A stretch of 64,000 nucleotides of DNA from Gnetum montanum (lineage: Eukaryota > Plantae > Gnetophyta). This document shows positions 1 through 11,981 of the stretch, piece after piece. How positions within the stretch are numbered: the first letter of the stretch is position 1; the number at the start of each line of letters is the position of its first letter. The stretch spans positions 964,731 to 1,028,730 of the forward strand of contig MNCI01003467.1 of the NCBI GenBank assembly GCA_015680685.1, given 5' to 3'. The notes beneath the pieces were generated by a model. It was not told where the DNA came from, ran no database searches, and worked only from the letters and a program-made list of their open reading frames with translations. Both the position numbers and the translations under genes were made by a program.

Positions 1-1942
1 TATTTTAACCTTTTTTACTATTTTTAGTAAAAATTCGATTCAGTGAGATTATCCACTAGGGTGGTTGACTATTAGTCGAAAGATAGTAGGAAAACTATTA
101 CTGTGAAATACTATGTAGTAAATGGTTGTATACTATGCAGTATATAAGGTTTAGGATGGTAGAACTAACTATGTTGATTCTTCTCGCATGGCCTATGCTA
201 GAGGTTGGCACAGTAGACTACTGGGATTCCCAACCAACTACACTAAGTGGTGAAAGTGGAAAAGTGGTTTCAACTGGCTTTTTCTATTAAATCCCACAAC
301 AAATAGATTTAGATTTTTGAACAAAACTAGGTTCTTGAACAAAAATGGGTTTTCAAGGTAGACTATACTAGTTTCAAGGAATTCAACAATTGTTGTGAAA
401 GTATAGTGGGAACCCAACTCACTTGTGAAAACTATGTTGGGGTATTTGGGCAACAACATTGACTTTCATAGAATATTTTTGCAAATTTGAATATTTAACA
501 AACTTGAAAAAGATTTTTTTGAAAAGATTGACAAAGGGTTTTTGGGCTAAGAATTTTGGTGGAGGTCCTTCTTCTAGTGCCAAAAAACTATTAGACTTGG
601 AAAATTCACTTGTTGGAATGGAAACTAGAAGATCCCAAGTGTTGGTATAGTTTTAATATTGAATCCTAAGGACCTTCAAAAAATGGGATTCAAGGCATCC
701 TGGATGATCTAGCCAATGATCATGGACTTATAGAAATGTAAACACGATCAAAATGGAAATAGAATTGCAAATCCGAAATGAGAATAGACATAGAAATTAA
801 AACTTGAATGTAATTTGCACAAAAAGGAAGTATAAATTTATTAAAATGTGAAATGCATAATGTATAGGGTTTAAGAGGTACAAATTTATGTGCCAATGCA
901 CAATAATTTCACTTGGAAGAAGCTTGAATTTCATTGGAGCTTGTAGATTGTACTTGAAAGTCCATGATCTGGATACTTCCCAATCCTAGCTTCCAGTAAT
1001 TCCCTACTAGTTTTCATTGGAATCTACAACTCTGATCACTAATTGTATTCCACCATTGAAGTAATGGTATTATGTTTGGAGTCTCTAATACCCATCATAG
1101 ACACCAATTTTCTATCAAAGATGTTTTAAGCTTACAAAGGCTCTTTTGGTGCAAAAAATGCTAAAAATTCTTTCAAGTGGAACTACTTCTAGGTTTTCAA
1201 ACTCAAACCAAGGTGCTCATGTTTGGTTTTTATAGGCTTTGTACATCACTATCATGATTACTGATATATTAATATCTATTTATAGTTGTAATGGTTACAA
1301 TTCTTAGCGTTGGTGGCCATTTATAGTAATTCTTGATACACTGTAGCCACCAAAGCCAATCTAGATACTATAAATAGTAAATAGACTTTTATGACTATGC
1401 TGGCACCATCCCAACTATGCTAACCATGGTGCATTACATTGAGCTTGCTAAAAATTACCTGTGAATATGATGCCTACACTGGTCATACTACAACTGCTAA
1501 AGACTTGGGGTGAATACATTGGCCACTGTTGGGAAAATGGAAAATCCCAACAATTCCAATGCTAGATATGTGGATCTACACTACGTTTTGTGGTGAATAC
1601 ATTAGGTTTTGATTGAAAAGGAAAATCCAACATCACCAACGCTAAGGGTAGATGGTTTTAGCATAGTTAAGGTTATACCTCTACAAAAACCTATGAAAAT
1701 GCTAAATTTGGCAATTCGTAAGGTGTTTTCAGCCTTCCTAAGCCAAACTATAGACATGAGATAACTTTTTCCACTTGGGAAGTGAGGAAATAGCAACTTT
1801 TAAGGCTTTTTTAGTGTCAAAAGTTAAAGTATGTATGATTGTAGCTCATAGACTACAAATCTTACATTTATAGTAAAATCTTGCCTCATGTTGGAAGATA
1901 AAAGTTACAAATTTTCACATGAATTTTCTTGGTGGTGTCTCA
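1..1942 (-). mobile_element. LTR of Tat/Ogre-like family A, minus orientation, probably running off the left edge
   Basis: Reverse complement of ~900-1942 aligns with 6491-7600 (e.g. cctcacttcccaag.ggaaaaa; tttttgtagaggta.aaccttaactatg). Minus-strand start TGAGACACC at 1942 matches the family starts at 6491, 20888 and 22773. Confidence 0.7.
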
Positions 1943-2277
1943 ATAGAAACTTTGAAACCTCATAAACCCATTTTCACATGCAACTATGTTGAGGGTGATC
2001 TTGACTATGTTGGCTAGTGTAGTACCAGTGTAGTCACTAGTTTTAGCCTCATTTATAGCTTTTGGAGGGTGAAAACAAAGTCAAAATCCACCAATCTTCA
2101 AGCCTAGTACATTGAATTGGTCATAAAAATCATCAGGAACTCAAAATTGGCCATGATAAACATGGAGAACCACCTACTGATGTCAAATACACTAGGGCCT
2201 ATTCTAACTACGTTGGCTAGCATAATCACCAATAGAGCATAGTGTAATCACATCATATGTCAAATAGGGTGTCGACA
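1943..2277. mobile_element. Probable terminal fragment of another LTR that interrupts the Tat pol
   Basis: Ends ...aaatagggtgtcgaca (LTR-like terminus) just before pol homology begins at ~2290; no partner end found. Confidence 0.35.
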
Positions 2278-2289
2278 TTAAAAACCTTG

Positions 2290-5200
2290 GAGAACATCTA
2301 GAGTGGCCTAAAAACCTAGTTAAAACTATTGATCTTGAGTTGTTGACATTACTGAGGACTCTCTAGTTGAGGTTCTTATCATGACACATAGTAGTAAGGA
2401 GAATACCCTAAAATTAAGTTCATCACTAGAACCTCATTAGGCTAAAGACATCACCAATGTCCTCCAAATAATGTTAAGATCTTTGTCTAGTCATATGAAG
2501 ATATGCTAGGACTTTACCCATGCCTAGTACAACATAACATCATACTTGATCCTAGTATTAGACTACTTAAGCAAACAATTTATAAGATTAGTCCAAATTT
2601 AATCATGGCAGTTCATGATGAGATCATAAAACTATATGAAGCTCATTTCATTAGAGCTATCAATTACACAGAATGGGTATCCAACATAGTGATAGTTCCT
2701 AAGAAAAATAGGAGTAGACATATTTTCATATATTTCCAAGACTTAAATAAGGCAACCATCAAGGATGATTTCCCTTTACCTAGTATTGACCAACTTATTG
2801 ATACTACGGTTGTGCATGCTTTATTATCCTTCATGGATGGGTTCTTGGGATATAACCAAATTAGGATTGACCCAGAACATCAACTTAGTATAATCTTCAT
2901 GATTCCTTGGAGTACCTTTTGTTATACCATGATGTCTTTTGGCCTTAAAAAATGTAGGAGAAATCTAGAATAGAGCTATGACATAGAAGATATAGCCATT
3001 AATTCTAAAGTTTTCAATGACCATGCACATGACCTTGACCTTGTTCTTAAATGATGTCTCAAGTATAAGCTTAGTATTAACCCTAAAAGGTGTGTCTCTG
3101 ATGTCAAAACTAATAAGATGCTTCACTTTGTAGTATTCGAAGTAGGAATACATGTCTATCCTAATAACATTAAGGCCATATCCAACTTGGAAGCACCAAC
3201 TAACATTAGAGAGCTTTGAGGGTTTCAAGGTAGATTACTATTTATTTGTAGGTTTATCGCTAGGCTTATGGATAAGTTACAACCCATGCAACATGTGCTT
3301 AAGAAAGGAGTTTATAATGAGTGGACAGCTCAATGCCAAGAAGCCTTTGAAAACCTTAAGTAAGAGTTGGCATAACTACCTACAATTTATCCACCATAAC
3401 AGGGTAAATCATTTTACATCTACCTTGCTATCTTTAACATGTCTATTTCTTCTCTAGTTTATCAGAAATGAGATGATGGAGTGGAGCTTCCTATATTCTA
3501 CTTAAGCCATGCATTGATTACCTATGAGACTTGATACACTAAAGTGAAGAAGTATTCTCTAGCCCTAGTCTTCTCACTAAAGAAGTGGTGACACTACCTC
3601 TTTAGAAGCCAAGTCAACATCATTTGCAAAGAAAATGTGCTTAGAGCCATCATGACCAATATCTATGAAAGTAGCCATATAGGCCATTGGAAAACCATAA
3701 TAGTTGAGTTTGACTTTTAGTACATCTCTGAAGCCTTAATGAAAGGTCAAGCTATAGCTATGTAACTCACTATTTCATTGGTAGAAGATCATGTATCCAT
3801 AGATTATGAATTCTTGGATGAAAACATTAACATTTTTAGAAATGTACCTAAGGACTATGAGGTGATCATGCAGTTTGAAGGAGCTTTGACTACCAATGGG
3901 GCTAGTGCTACTATCATCATAACACTTCCATCTAGTGAAATCTAGGATTTTGCTTATTATTTTGAATTTCCATGTACCAACAACATGGTAGAGTATGAAG
4001 GATTGATTAGGGGCATGATGGTAGCTTGAGATCTAGGAATCAAATGCCTAATGATAAAAGACGATTCACAACTTGTGTTTAACCAAATAATTGAGGTTTA
4101 TGGATGTAAAAACCAACATTTGCAACCTTATTATGACCTAGCTATGAAACTAATACAACAATTCATAGACACTGATATCCAACATGTACCTTGAATTGAG
4201 AACATGCTAGTTGATTCCATTGCAACCTTAGCTCTTAGTGTTATTCCTGATGTGTTTAGCAAGTTACCTACCTTAACCATGAACTATGCTATTCCCATCA
4301 TGTAAAACACTAAGGATACCTTCATAGCCTCTATTAGTATTTTTCCTTGAAGGAAATGGTATGATGATATTAAGTTTTACCTCATGCATGGTGAATCTTC
4401 ATAAGGCCTAACTACTTCTATAAAGGATGTTGCATGTAAACAATTAAAATAACATGTCATTGTAGGTGACAAAAAATTATGTCAACAGTCTTATTATGGC
4501 ATATTGTTAGTATGCTTAGGAAAAATTGAAGTTGAAATAGTCCTTGAGCAAGTTCATGAGGGTATATGTGGAGGACATATAGGACCTAGAGCCACAACTA
4601 CTAAGATTAGATGGCTAGGCTATTACTAGTCCTATATGAGAAATAACTATCTATAGAAGGTCAAAACTTGTGACACTTATTAATGACATAGTAACCTAAT
4701 GCACATGCTACCAAGTCAGTTACATACTACTCAAATAACTTGGCCATTTCAAAGGTGCGGGTTGTACATCATTAGACCTATAACACCTAAGTCTTCTGTA
4801 GGAAATAGCTTCATCATCACTACAACTAAATACTTCATAAAATGGGTTGAAGTTATTTTCCTAAGGAAGATGACATCTCAACAAGTTTGTAGATTTATAC
4901 TTAAGAACATAGTGTCCCATTTTAGCATAACTATGACCATAGTCATAGATAAAGAACCATAGTTTAATAGCTAGGAAACTAAAAACTTGTATCATGAACC
5001 ATGGATCTAAACTTGGTGGAGGAGCAATGAGTACAAATGCTTGCTCACATTGAGTGATACTAAGAGAGGTAGAAACAATAGCATTGCCATGCACTCAACA
5101 AGCACAAGATCAAGAAGGAAGACTTGGTCATCAAAGCTATCCATGAGCATGCAAACAAATTCTTAGCCAACTAGAAAGGGCCTTTCTTGATCACTAAGGC

Positions 5201-5293
5201 CTATGACAATGAAGCCTTTAGGATAGCAAACATGTATGGGAATGATTTGGTGAACCTAGTTAATCATTCCTATCTAAAAATTTATTCTATCTA
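2290..5293 (+). pseudogene. pol: Degenerate Tat/Ogre-like Ty3/gypsy pol: RT, RNase H, second archaeal-type RNase H, integrase with internal deletion, GPY/F tail
   Basis: WVSNIVIVPKK...DLNKATIKDDFPLPSIDQLID...SFMDGFLGYNQI (RT); MQFEGA...FPCTNNMVEYEGLI...DDSQLV (aRH, ~3868-4100); VHEGICGGH and WPFQRCGL..I.PI (INT). Many stops and frameshifts. Confidence 0.92.
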
Positions 5294-5813
5294 ACACATC
5301 TTGGAAGCTACCAACATCATCATACATGACCATAGTGACCAATAACAAGCAAGACAACATTATTTTCTTTATTTCATTTCACACAAAAAATGAACTAAAA
5401 AACTTTGTAACATCTATAATGCAAGATGCAGATCCCTTTTGGGTGTACCAATTGTGACATTTATTCATCTAATTTTATAATTTTTTCATGTGAGCCTATG
5501 CATTATATTGTGACAACATGCTTTCTTTTTCTTATTTTGTTACTCTCTTAGAGTTGTGCTTTTAGGATGAAGCCTGGAGTCATTGCAAAGGTGTAACTCA
5601 TTATGGAAGCAAGTCATCATGTAACTTCAATGTGCAAGATTTGATGAGTTTGTCTTGCTATACAAAGAGTACCTATTTCACTTCATTCCTATTACCTGTC
5701 ATTACATCTAACCCTATAACCTACTTATAACCATCCTCACCCTAAGCAACAATGTTGAGCTATGTTTTACACTCATGCATTATGGCCATTTGACATGTCC
5801 TTTATCATGCTTC

Positions 5814-6036
5814 ACCTACAAGTCTACTGAATGTAACACATCTCATTCAATGGAAAAACCTACAAGTCCATCAAATGTAACACATCTCATTCAATGGGAA
5901 AACCTACAAGTTTGTTGAATGTAACACATCTCATTCAATGGAAAAACCTAAAATTCTGTCTAATGTAATACATCTCCTTCAATGGGAAAACCATTAAGTC
6001 TATCACATGTAATACATCTCATTTAATGAGAAAACC
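5814..6036 (+). repeat. 44-bp tandem repeat, 5 copies, in the Tat 3' UTR
   Basis: Unit acctacaagtctactgaatgtaacacatctcattcaatggaaaa; reverse-complement arrays at ~21375-21510 and ~23240-23420. Confidence 0.9.
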
Positions 6037-6490
6037 AAATCAAACTTGGCCTTGGCAATGAAACCTATTGAAAGTTTCTTCTTGAAAAAAATGGGGACGC
6101 AAATTTCCAAGAGGCCTAATGGCCAAAGAAACCTTAGAGTGAGGTATTGGTTACTTAAAAATATTACCAAGTGACCAATGCTTCAACACATGAAGCACAA
6201 AGACCTTATTTATTAGTCAATGTATCATTGCGATATTGTAGTCATGATGTTAACTTATGGAACTCATTGTTAACCCTCATGACCATTTCCTGATAATCAA
6301 ATATAACCTATAGTTTTTACCACCTCATCATAATGTTATCCCATTATCACAAGCACTCTTTGGCATGATTTGACACTATAGGATCAAGCATAAAGAGGAA
6401 ACATCGATGATGGATTTGTAGTGGTGTTTTGCATTCTTTGTTGATCTCTCTCTCGGGTCAATCCTTCAAACATCAATAAATAGGAACCAA

Positions 6491-7930
6491 TGAAACATCA
6501 TCAAGAAAATACATGTTGTAACTTGTAACCTTTAGCATCCAACTTGAGATAAGATTTCATTGTAAATGTGCGGTCGATAGTCCATGAGTTGCAATCTTGC
6601 ATATTTTAACTTGTTGGGGCTGAAATATGCCTCATAAGTTTCTAACACCTCACTTCCCAAGAGGAAAAAATGATATTATGTTTATATATAGGCTTGGGAA
6701 GGTTAAAAATGCCTTGGGGGTTGCCAAAATTGGCATGTCATGGGTTTTTGTAGAGGTACAACCTTAACTATGTTGAAACTATCTACCCCTAGTGTGGATG
6801 GTGTTTCATTTTCATGTTTTCTAGTAACACCTAGCGTAGCCATCACAAAGCCCAATGTATTTGCAAGAGTAACATTGTTGTTGTTGTGTTGTTCATTTTT
6901 CCAACAATGGCCAATGTTGTCGTAACATTTTTTGATGGTCGTAGCATGGTTAGCATAGTCATCATGGATTTCTAGTAGATGCAGTTTGGCTAACATGGTC
7001 ACCATGATTTTAGCAACTTTCAATGAATGTCAGTGTATTCCTCTAAGGACAATGTAGTTGAGGTGAAGAATACCATAGTCAAAAAAGTCTTTTTACTATT
7101 TTTAGTTTATAGATGGGTTTCGATGGCCTTGATGCATTAAAACTTTCTAGAAAAGGTCAAATACATTGGCAATCATAGCTATTAAACCTACAACCAATGT
7201 CAATATGTCAGTAATCATGGTAGTAATTTGTAGCATGAAATAAACAACCTAAAGCCTATAAAAGCCAAATGTAAACACCTAATTTAGGTTCCCAACATTT
7301 TTTCAGTAGTTTTGAACATTTTTTGTAACCAAGAAACCTAATAGTAATTTGCAACATTATGCACGTTTGAGTTCCTTTTGGCATCTATGTTGAGCACTAG
7401 AGACCCTTAGCATAGTACCATTGGAACAAAAGTGTACACCACTATTTACACCACCTATAGCCAAAGTTTCAAACTTGAATAGAAACTAGCAAATAGTTAC
7501 AAAAGATTGGAATTGGAAAGTACTTAGATTGTGGAGATTGACTATAGAACACAACCTACTAGCTCAAATAGCCTTTGAACACCATTTGTACTCTTTGAAC
7601 ATTATACTTTCATTCAATAAAGTTTTTAGTTCATTTGTATTGTAGATTTATTTTCAAGTTTAATTTCTTTGTTAATTTATTTTACTTCAAATTTGGAATT
7701 CTATTCTCATTTTCATTTCTATCTATACTTTCTAAGTCCTTGGGTGATCAAAAAGACTATCTGGCATACCCTAGATCCTATTTTTTCAAAGGCCTTTGGG
7801 ATTTAGGATTAGGCTTTTGCAACTTGGGATTTTTGATTTTCTAGCAACCTAATTTTTCAAGATCTATAATGAACCATTGATATTCACTAGAAAAATGCTG
7901 AATTTTTTAGAAGCAATCATAGTTCCCACT
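6491..7930 (+). mobile_element. 3' LTR (truncated) of Tat family A
   Basis: Starts TGAAACATC after purine-rich aaataggaaccaa; homologous to the minus-strand LTR copies; ends abruptly at Athila-like gag sequence. Confidence 0.7.
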
Positions 7931-7939
7931 TGGGATCAG

Positions 7940-10241
7940 AAAGATAGTAGGATTAAATAATTAGATATGAATAATGTTTCCAATTTTGAAGGGGAATATA
8001 ATGCAAATCCATAGCATCATCTACAAGTTTTGCATGATGCCTATGCCTTAAAAAACATTGAAAATAACCAATAGAAGTTGAAATTATTTCCAAGGATACT
8101 TGTAAAAGAAGCAGAAAGTTTGTACTAGTTCTTAGAATTGGAATCCCTTCATCGATGAAGTACTATGCTAGAACTATTTAATGACATATACTAAATGTAC
8201 TCCCAAGTTTCCAACCTAAGAAAGTAGATTCAAGGATGAAATCAAGGAAATCATGAGTCCTTGGATGTGGCCCTAGGTAGGTATTACTCTCTATTGCACT
8301 AATGTCTAGGCCATGGATTCTATCAAAGGGAGAAACTTCACCATGTCATAGATGGGTTGTAGAAAAATATAAGGGAAATTATTTAGGTCTATGTCCAAGG
8401 GAGACTTTTTGAGATGAGGGTCCATTAAATCCAAAGGCTAATACAAAAAATGATGAAAAAATAAGGGGAGTTGAAGAAATGAAAAATTGCAAAGGAATAC
8501 ATTAGAGATTCCTCTATTTACAAGAGTGAGGTACATTTTTGTGATACAAAGAAGGACATACTACTAGATGAAGTGGTGTAAAGAAAGATCTTACCAATAC
8601 AAAAATCTATCTTTGAAATACCAACTAAGTTGGAAAAAATGTGGGAATTCTTAGATGAGAAGTTTCAATCTACTTTGAAAATAGTAGAGGAGAAGTTAGA
8701 ACAAGGGCATAGTGAATAAGATAGAAGGAGAAAAAAAGATACAAATAAGGGGTATTAGTAGCAAAAAGGTAAGGTTACCATTCTTGATGAGGCTGTGGAT
8801 TCTAGAATCAATAATGATGGATGTGATATCTATTAGTATGAAAATCTCAATGAATGTTATCCTATGATGTTGCATCTATAAGAATCTAGGATGTATGCCT
8901 TGAATTCAAAATTTGCAAAGAGGTAACCACCCAAGAGATTTCCTTATCCTCAAGCTAATCTAAGGTAATAATTCCATCAAATACAATATTATCTAAATTG
9001 AGCAACACCTCAACCTTAGTAGCAATATTAAGAATAACAAAATCCATAGTCATGGGGGATGCCACGACCTAGATAGTAGTAGCCTTATTAGTAGCTAGAT
9101 CCATATGGATACTATGTCCAACAGTCTATATCTTGTCATGGTTATGCAAGCCATACTCCTTTCAATTACCACTACTACCCCTAAAATACCATGAAATCCA
9201 TACATCATGATCTAGATCTCCTCTACTTATCCTCCTCTCTATGCATTAATAAACTCTGCACCATTAAATACCACTCCTCTACCACTTGCTCCACCTATGC
9301 AAGGGAAAATTCTATCATAACCATCAAAGTGGTTTTGAATCTAAACCTTGAAAGAAGACTTTTTCAAGATTAATAGTCCATCAAAATCCTCACAAACACC
9401 TACGGATGCTACCCCTACATCCATTGCTTTTGAAATCATCCTCGAGCCTCCTTAAAATAAAATGTCCTCTAATATGTTTAATGTAATGTTAATCCATGTG
9501 GTTATTGATTGGATCAAGATTAACCACCTTTCTAGGAAATGATCTGATCTTGGGAGATCTCTTATCTATTTGTAGATTATAGGAAATGATCCATGTAAAT
9601 CTCTACTGGACTTAGGTTTTGAAGTAAATTTAATCTCATAGGAAATGTATAAGAGCTAGAACCTACCTCCATTTCAGAAATGCAACATCAAACTAGAGCT
9701 TGTCATTTAGTCCATAATTGTTTTCTTGGGATTAGTGGAGACATTTTGACCATCATCTATTGGTGTTCTTATACATGTGGATAATTGCAATGGAAACTTC
9801 TCTATTATCATGGAAAGGGCTTTTCTTAGTACGATTGATACCAAGATGGGGATTTGAGGCCTTTCCTTGAAAATCTCTAAGAAAAATGAATTTTGTAAAA
9901 TAGAAAAGTAAGTTTCATGCATCATGTACAATGACATAGGGTGCCATTGAGTGTAAAAAATATAGACCATACAAAGTACATCCATCAAAGAATGCAATAA
10001 GTGTGATAAGACATCTACTATTCAAAATTTTTTGTATGTAGTAGCCACAAAATAGAAAAATGCCCAATCGTTGACAACAGATAGTGGGTAGACTTCAAGA
10101 TATGCATGGAACCAATGGAAAACCTCACAAGTGATTACATTAAAGACATGAATGAAATAGAGTAAATCCAAAGGAAACTCTTTCATGCATAGATTGAGAT
10201 GAGTTGGAGAGATTTGAAGATCCTAGATTAGTTCAAGTAGA
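7940..10241 (+). pseudogene. gag: Degenerate gag-protease of an Athila-like Ty3/gypsy element (5' end missing)
   Basis: Colinear with 33310-35550; protease-region motif ...DLGRSLIYL*IIGNDPCKSLLDLGFEVNLIS at ~9545-9640. Confidence 0.8.
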
Positions 10242-11976
10242 TGTTGAAACACCACAAAAATTTGGACCCAACACTTTCAAACAAGAATCAAGCTAAGTCA
10301 TGATGCTTCCCAGCATGACCGAAACTTGTGAGCTTCACAAACAGCATTAAATAGAGTTGAATCAAGCAAGTAAAAGTTCCCTGAGATCCATTGGAGACTA
10401 CATCAACATTTGGAAACAAGAAATGTAGGTTTCAAACACAAAACACTTAGTTTTGACTAAGTAAACTTCTTGCACATAGGCCTGCATGCCCAGTGTGCAA
10501 CTCAGCGTGCAGCAACTTTTGGGCCCCAGAAATGAGTTAAAACATGCTAGAATTGAGCATCTGGACCCCCCAGGACCTTCCCCAAGGTTCCTAGTAGCTC
10601 TCAGGCACTTGAAAATCAAATTTTGGGCTCCAAATGATGGTCTTTCATTCTTGCACGCCTAGCGTACACGCCTAGCGTGGAGCAACTTTTGGGCCCCAAA
10701 AATGAGTCGAAACATGCTAGAATTGAGCATCTGGACCCCCCAAGACCTTCACTAGGATCTCCAATAGCTCCCAGGTACCTAAAAATCAAGTTTCAACCTC
10801 AAAATGATGCACTTCCATGACCTATACGCAAAGCATACGTACTCTGCACGCCCAGCGTGCAGCCTAGCGTACACCACCAGAAACGGCCCAAAACAGGCAT
10901 CAAAGGGAAATATTTTCACCTGAAATTAACTCCCAAAGGTAGGGAAACTATTGGGAATCATCGCAGGCACCTGAAAATCAAGTTTTAACCTTAAAATGAA
11001 GCATTTCCATGTGTGTACGCTGGGTACAATTTGGTGTACACTGAGCCTGTACGTTGAGGTTGATGCTGAGTCTATACGCTGGCATCCAGTATGCTGGCAT
11101 GCAACACGCTGGAATGAAGCACGTTGGCATCCTATATGTTGGCATGCAACATGCTGGCATGCAGCACGTTGGCATCCTATATGCTGGCATGCAGCACACT
11201 AGCATCTTGTACGCTGGCATGCAACACACTGGCATGTAGCACGTTGGCATCTTGTATGCTGGCATGCAGCATGCTGTACAGTTGTAATTTTCTATGCACC
11301 TGAACAATGCAGCCACATGTCATCTGACCCGAAATCCTCTCACCCACGGCCACTCATACCCTTCTAGATCTGAATCCAATGCCCAAAGACCTCATAAAAA
11401 CCCCAATTTTTCACTAGATCGAGGTTGGCAATTTTGGGGCAAATCGAAGACAAAAAAAAAAAAGAACTAGAGACATTGAGAAACCAGAGAGCAAAAACCC
11501 TGTACGTTGGACCTCAACTTTGCATGCTGAGCATATAGCCTTCACGCTGTGCCTGTAGTTCAAACTAGCACACCATCATCCCTCCGCATCCACCGGGGCT
11601 CTTCGTTCGCCTTATGTCAGATCCACAACTTCGTTTAGACCGGTGCACTGTAATCTAGATTATTTTTACAATAAAGTTTGCTTTATCCCTGGTTAATATC
11701 TATTATAGTTTGCATGCATTTTTTTCTGCATTCATGTTGATTTTCTTGCACGTTTATATCTTGTTTTATGTTTATCGTGTTGTTTACGCATAACCTAGCG
11801 TATTGCACATCAGCATACGTTGGGGAAGTCCTCGTTTGATCTGTGTGTGGACCATTCAAGGCACTCTACCTTCATCTATTCCAGCTTGCCCTCAAGCGAA
11901 GGTAGAGTCTTCTGTGCTTGTCTATAGATCTCTTGGTGTCTGTTTCATTCTTGCCTTGCACCGACGATTTCAAACA
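10242..11976 (+). mobile_element. Solo LTR (~1.7 kb) inserted between Athila protease and RT
   Basis: TGTTGAAA...TTTCAAACA termini; near-TSD gtaga/gtaca; host pol resumes as KSLKLKTLLANLEYSYL; retains CpG unlike its flanks; ~170-bp internal direct repeat (10511/10681). Strand is tentative. Confidence 0.75.
11076..11270 (+). repeat. 15-bp tandem repeat, 13 copies, with 45-bp higher-order pattern
   Basis: Units such as acgttggcatcctat / atgctggcatgcaac / atgctggcatgcagc. Confidence 0.95.
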
Positions 11977-11981
11977 GTACA

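Noticed and set aside
5814-6036. Repeat arrays (44, 29 and 22 bp) as possible CRISPR arrays
   Set aside because: Head-to-tail units without unique spacers, no cas genes, eukaryotic TE context.
900-7930. Long inverted repeats flanking an RT gene (DIRS-like or foldback element?)
   Set aside because: They are two diverged LTRs of one Tat family in opposite orientation; the pol has a DDE integrase and I see no tyrosine recombinase.
10978-11316. Cys/Met-rich metallothionein-like ORF (CCMPA repeats)
   Set aside because: By-product of a 15-bp tandem repeat that is open in several frames inside an LTR.
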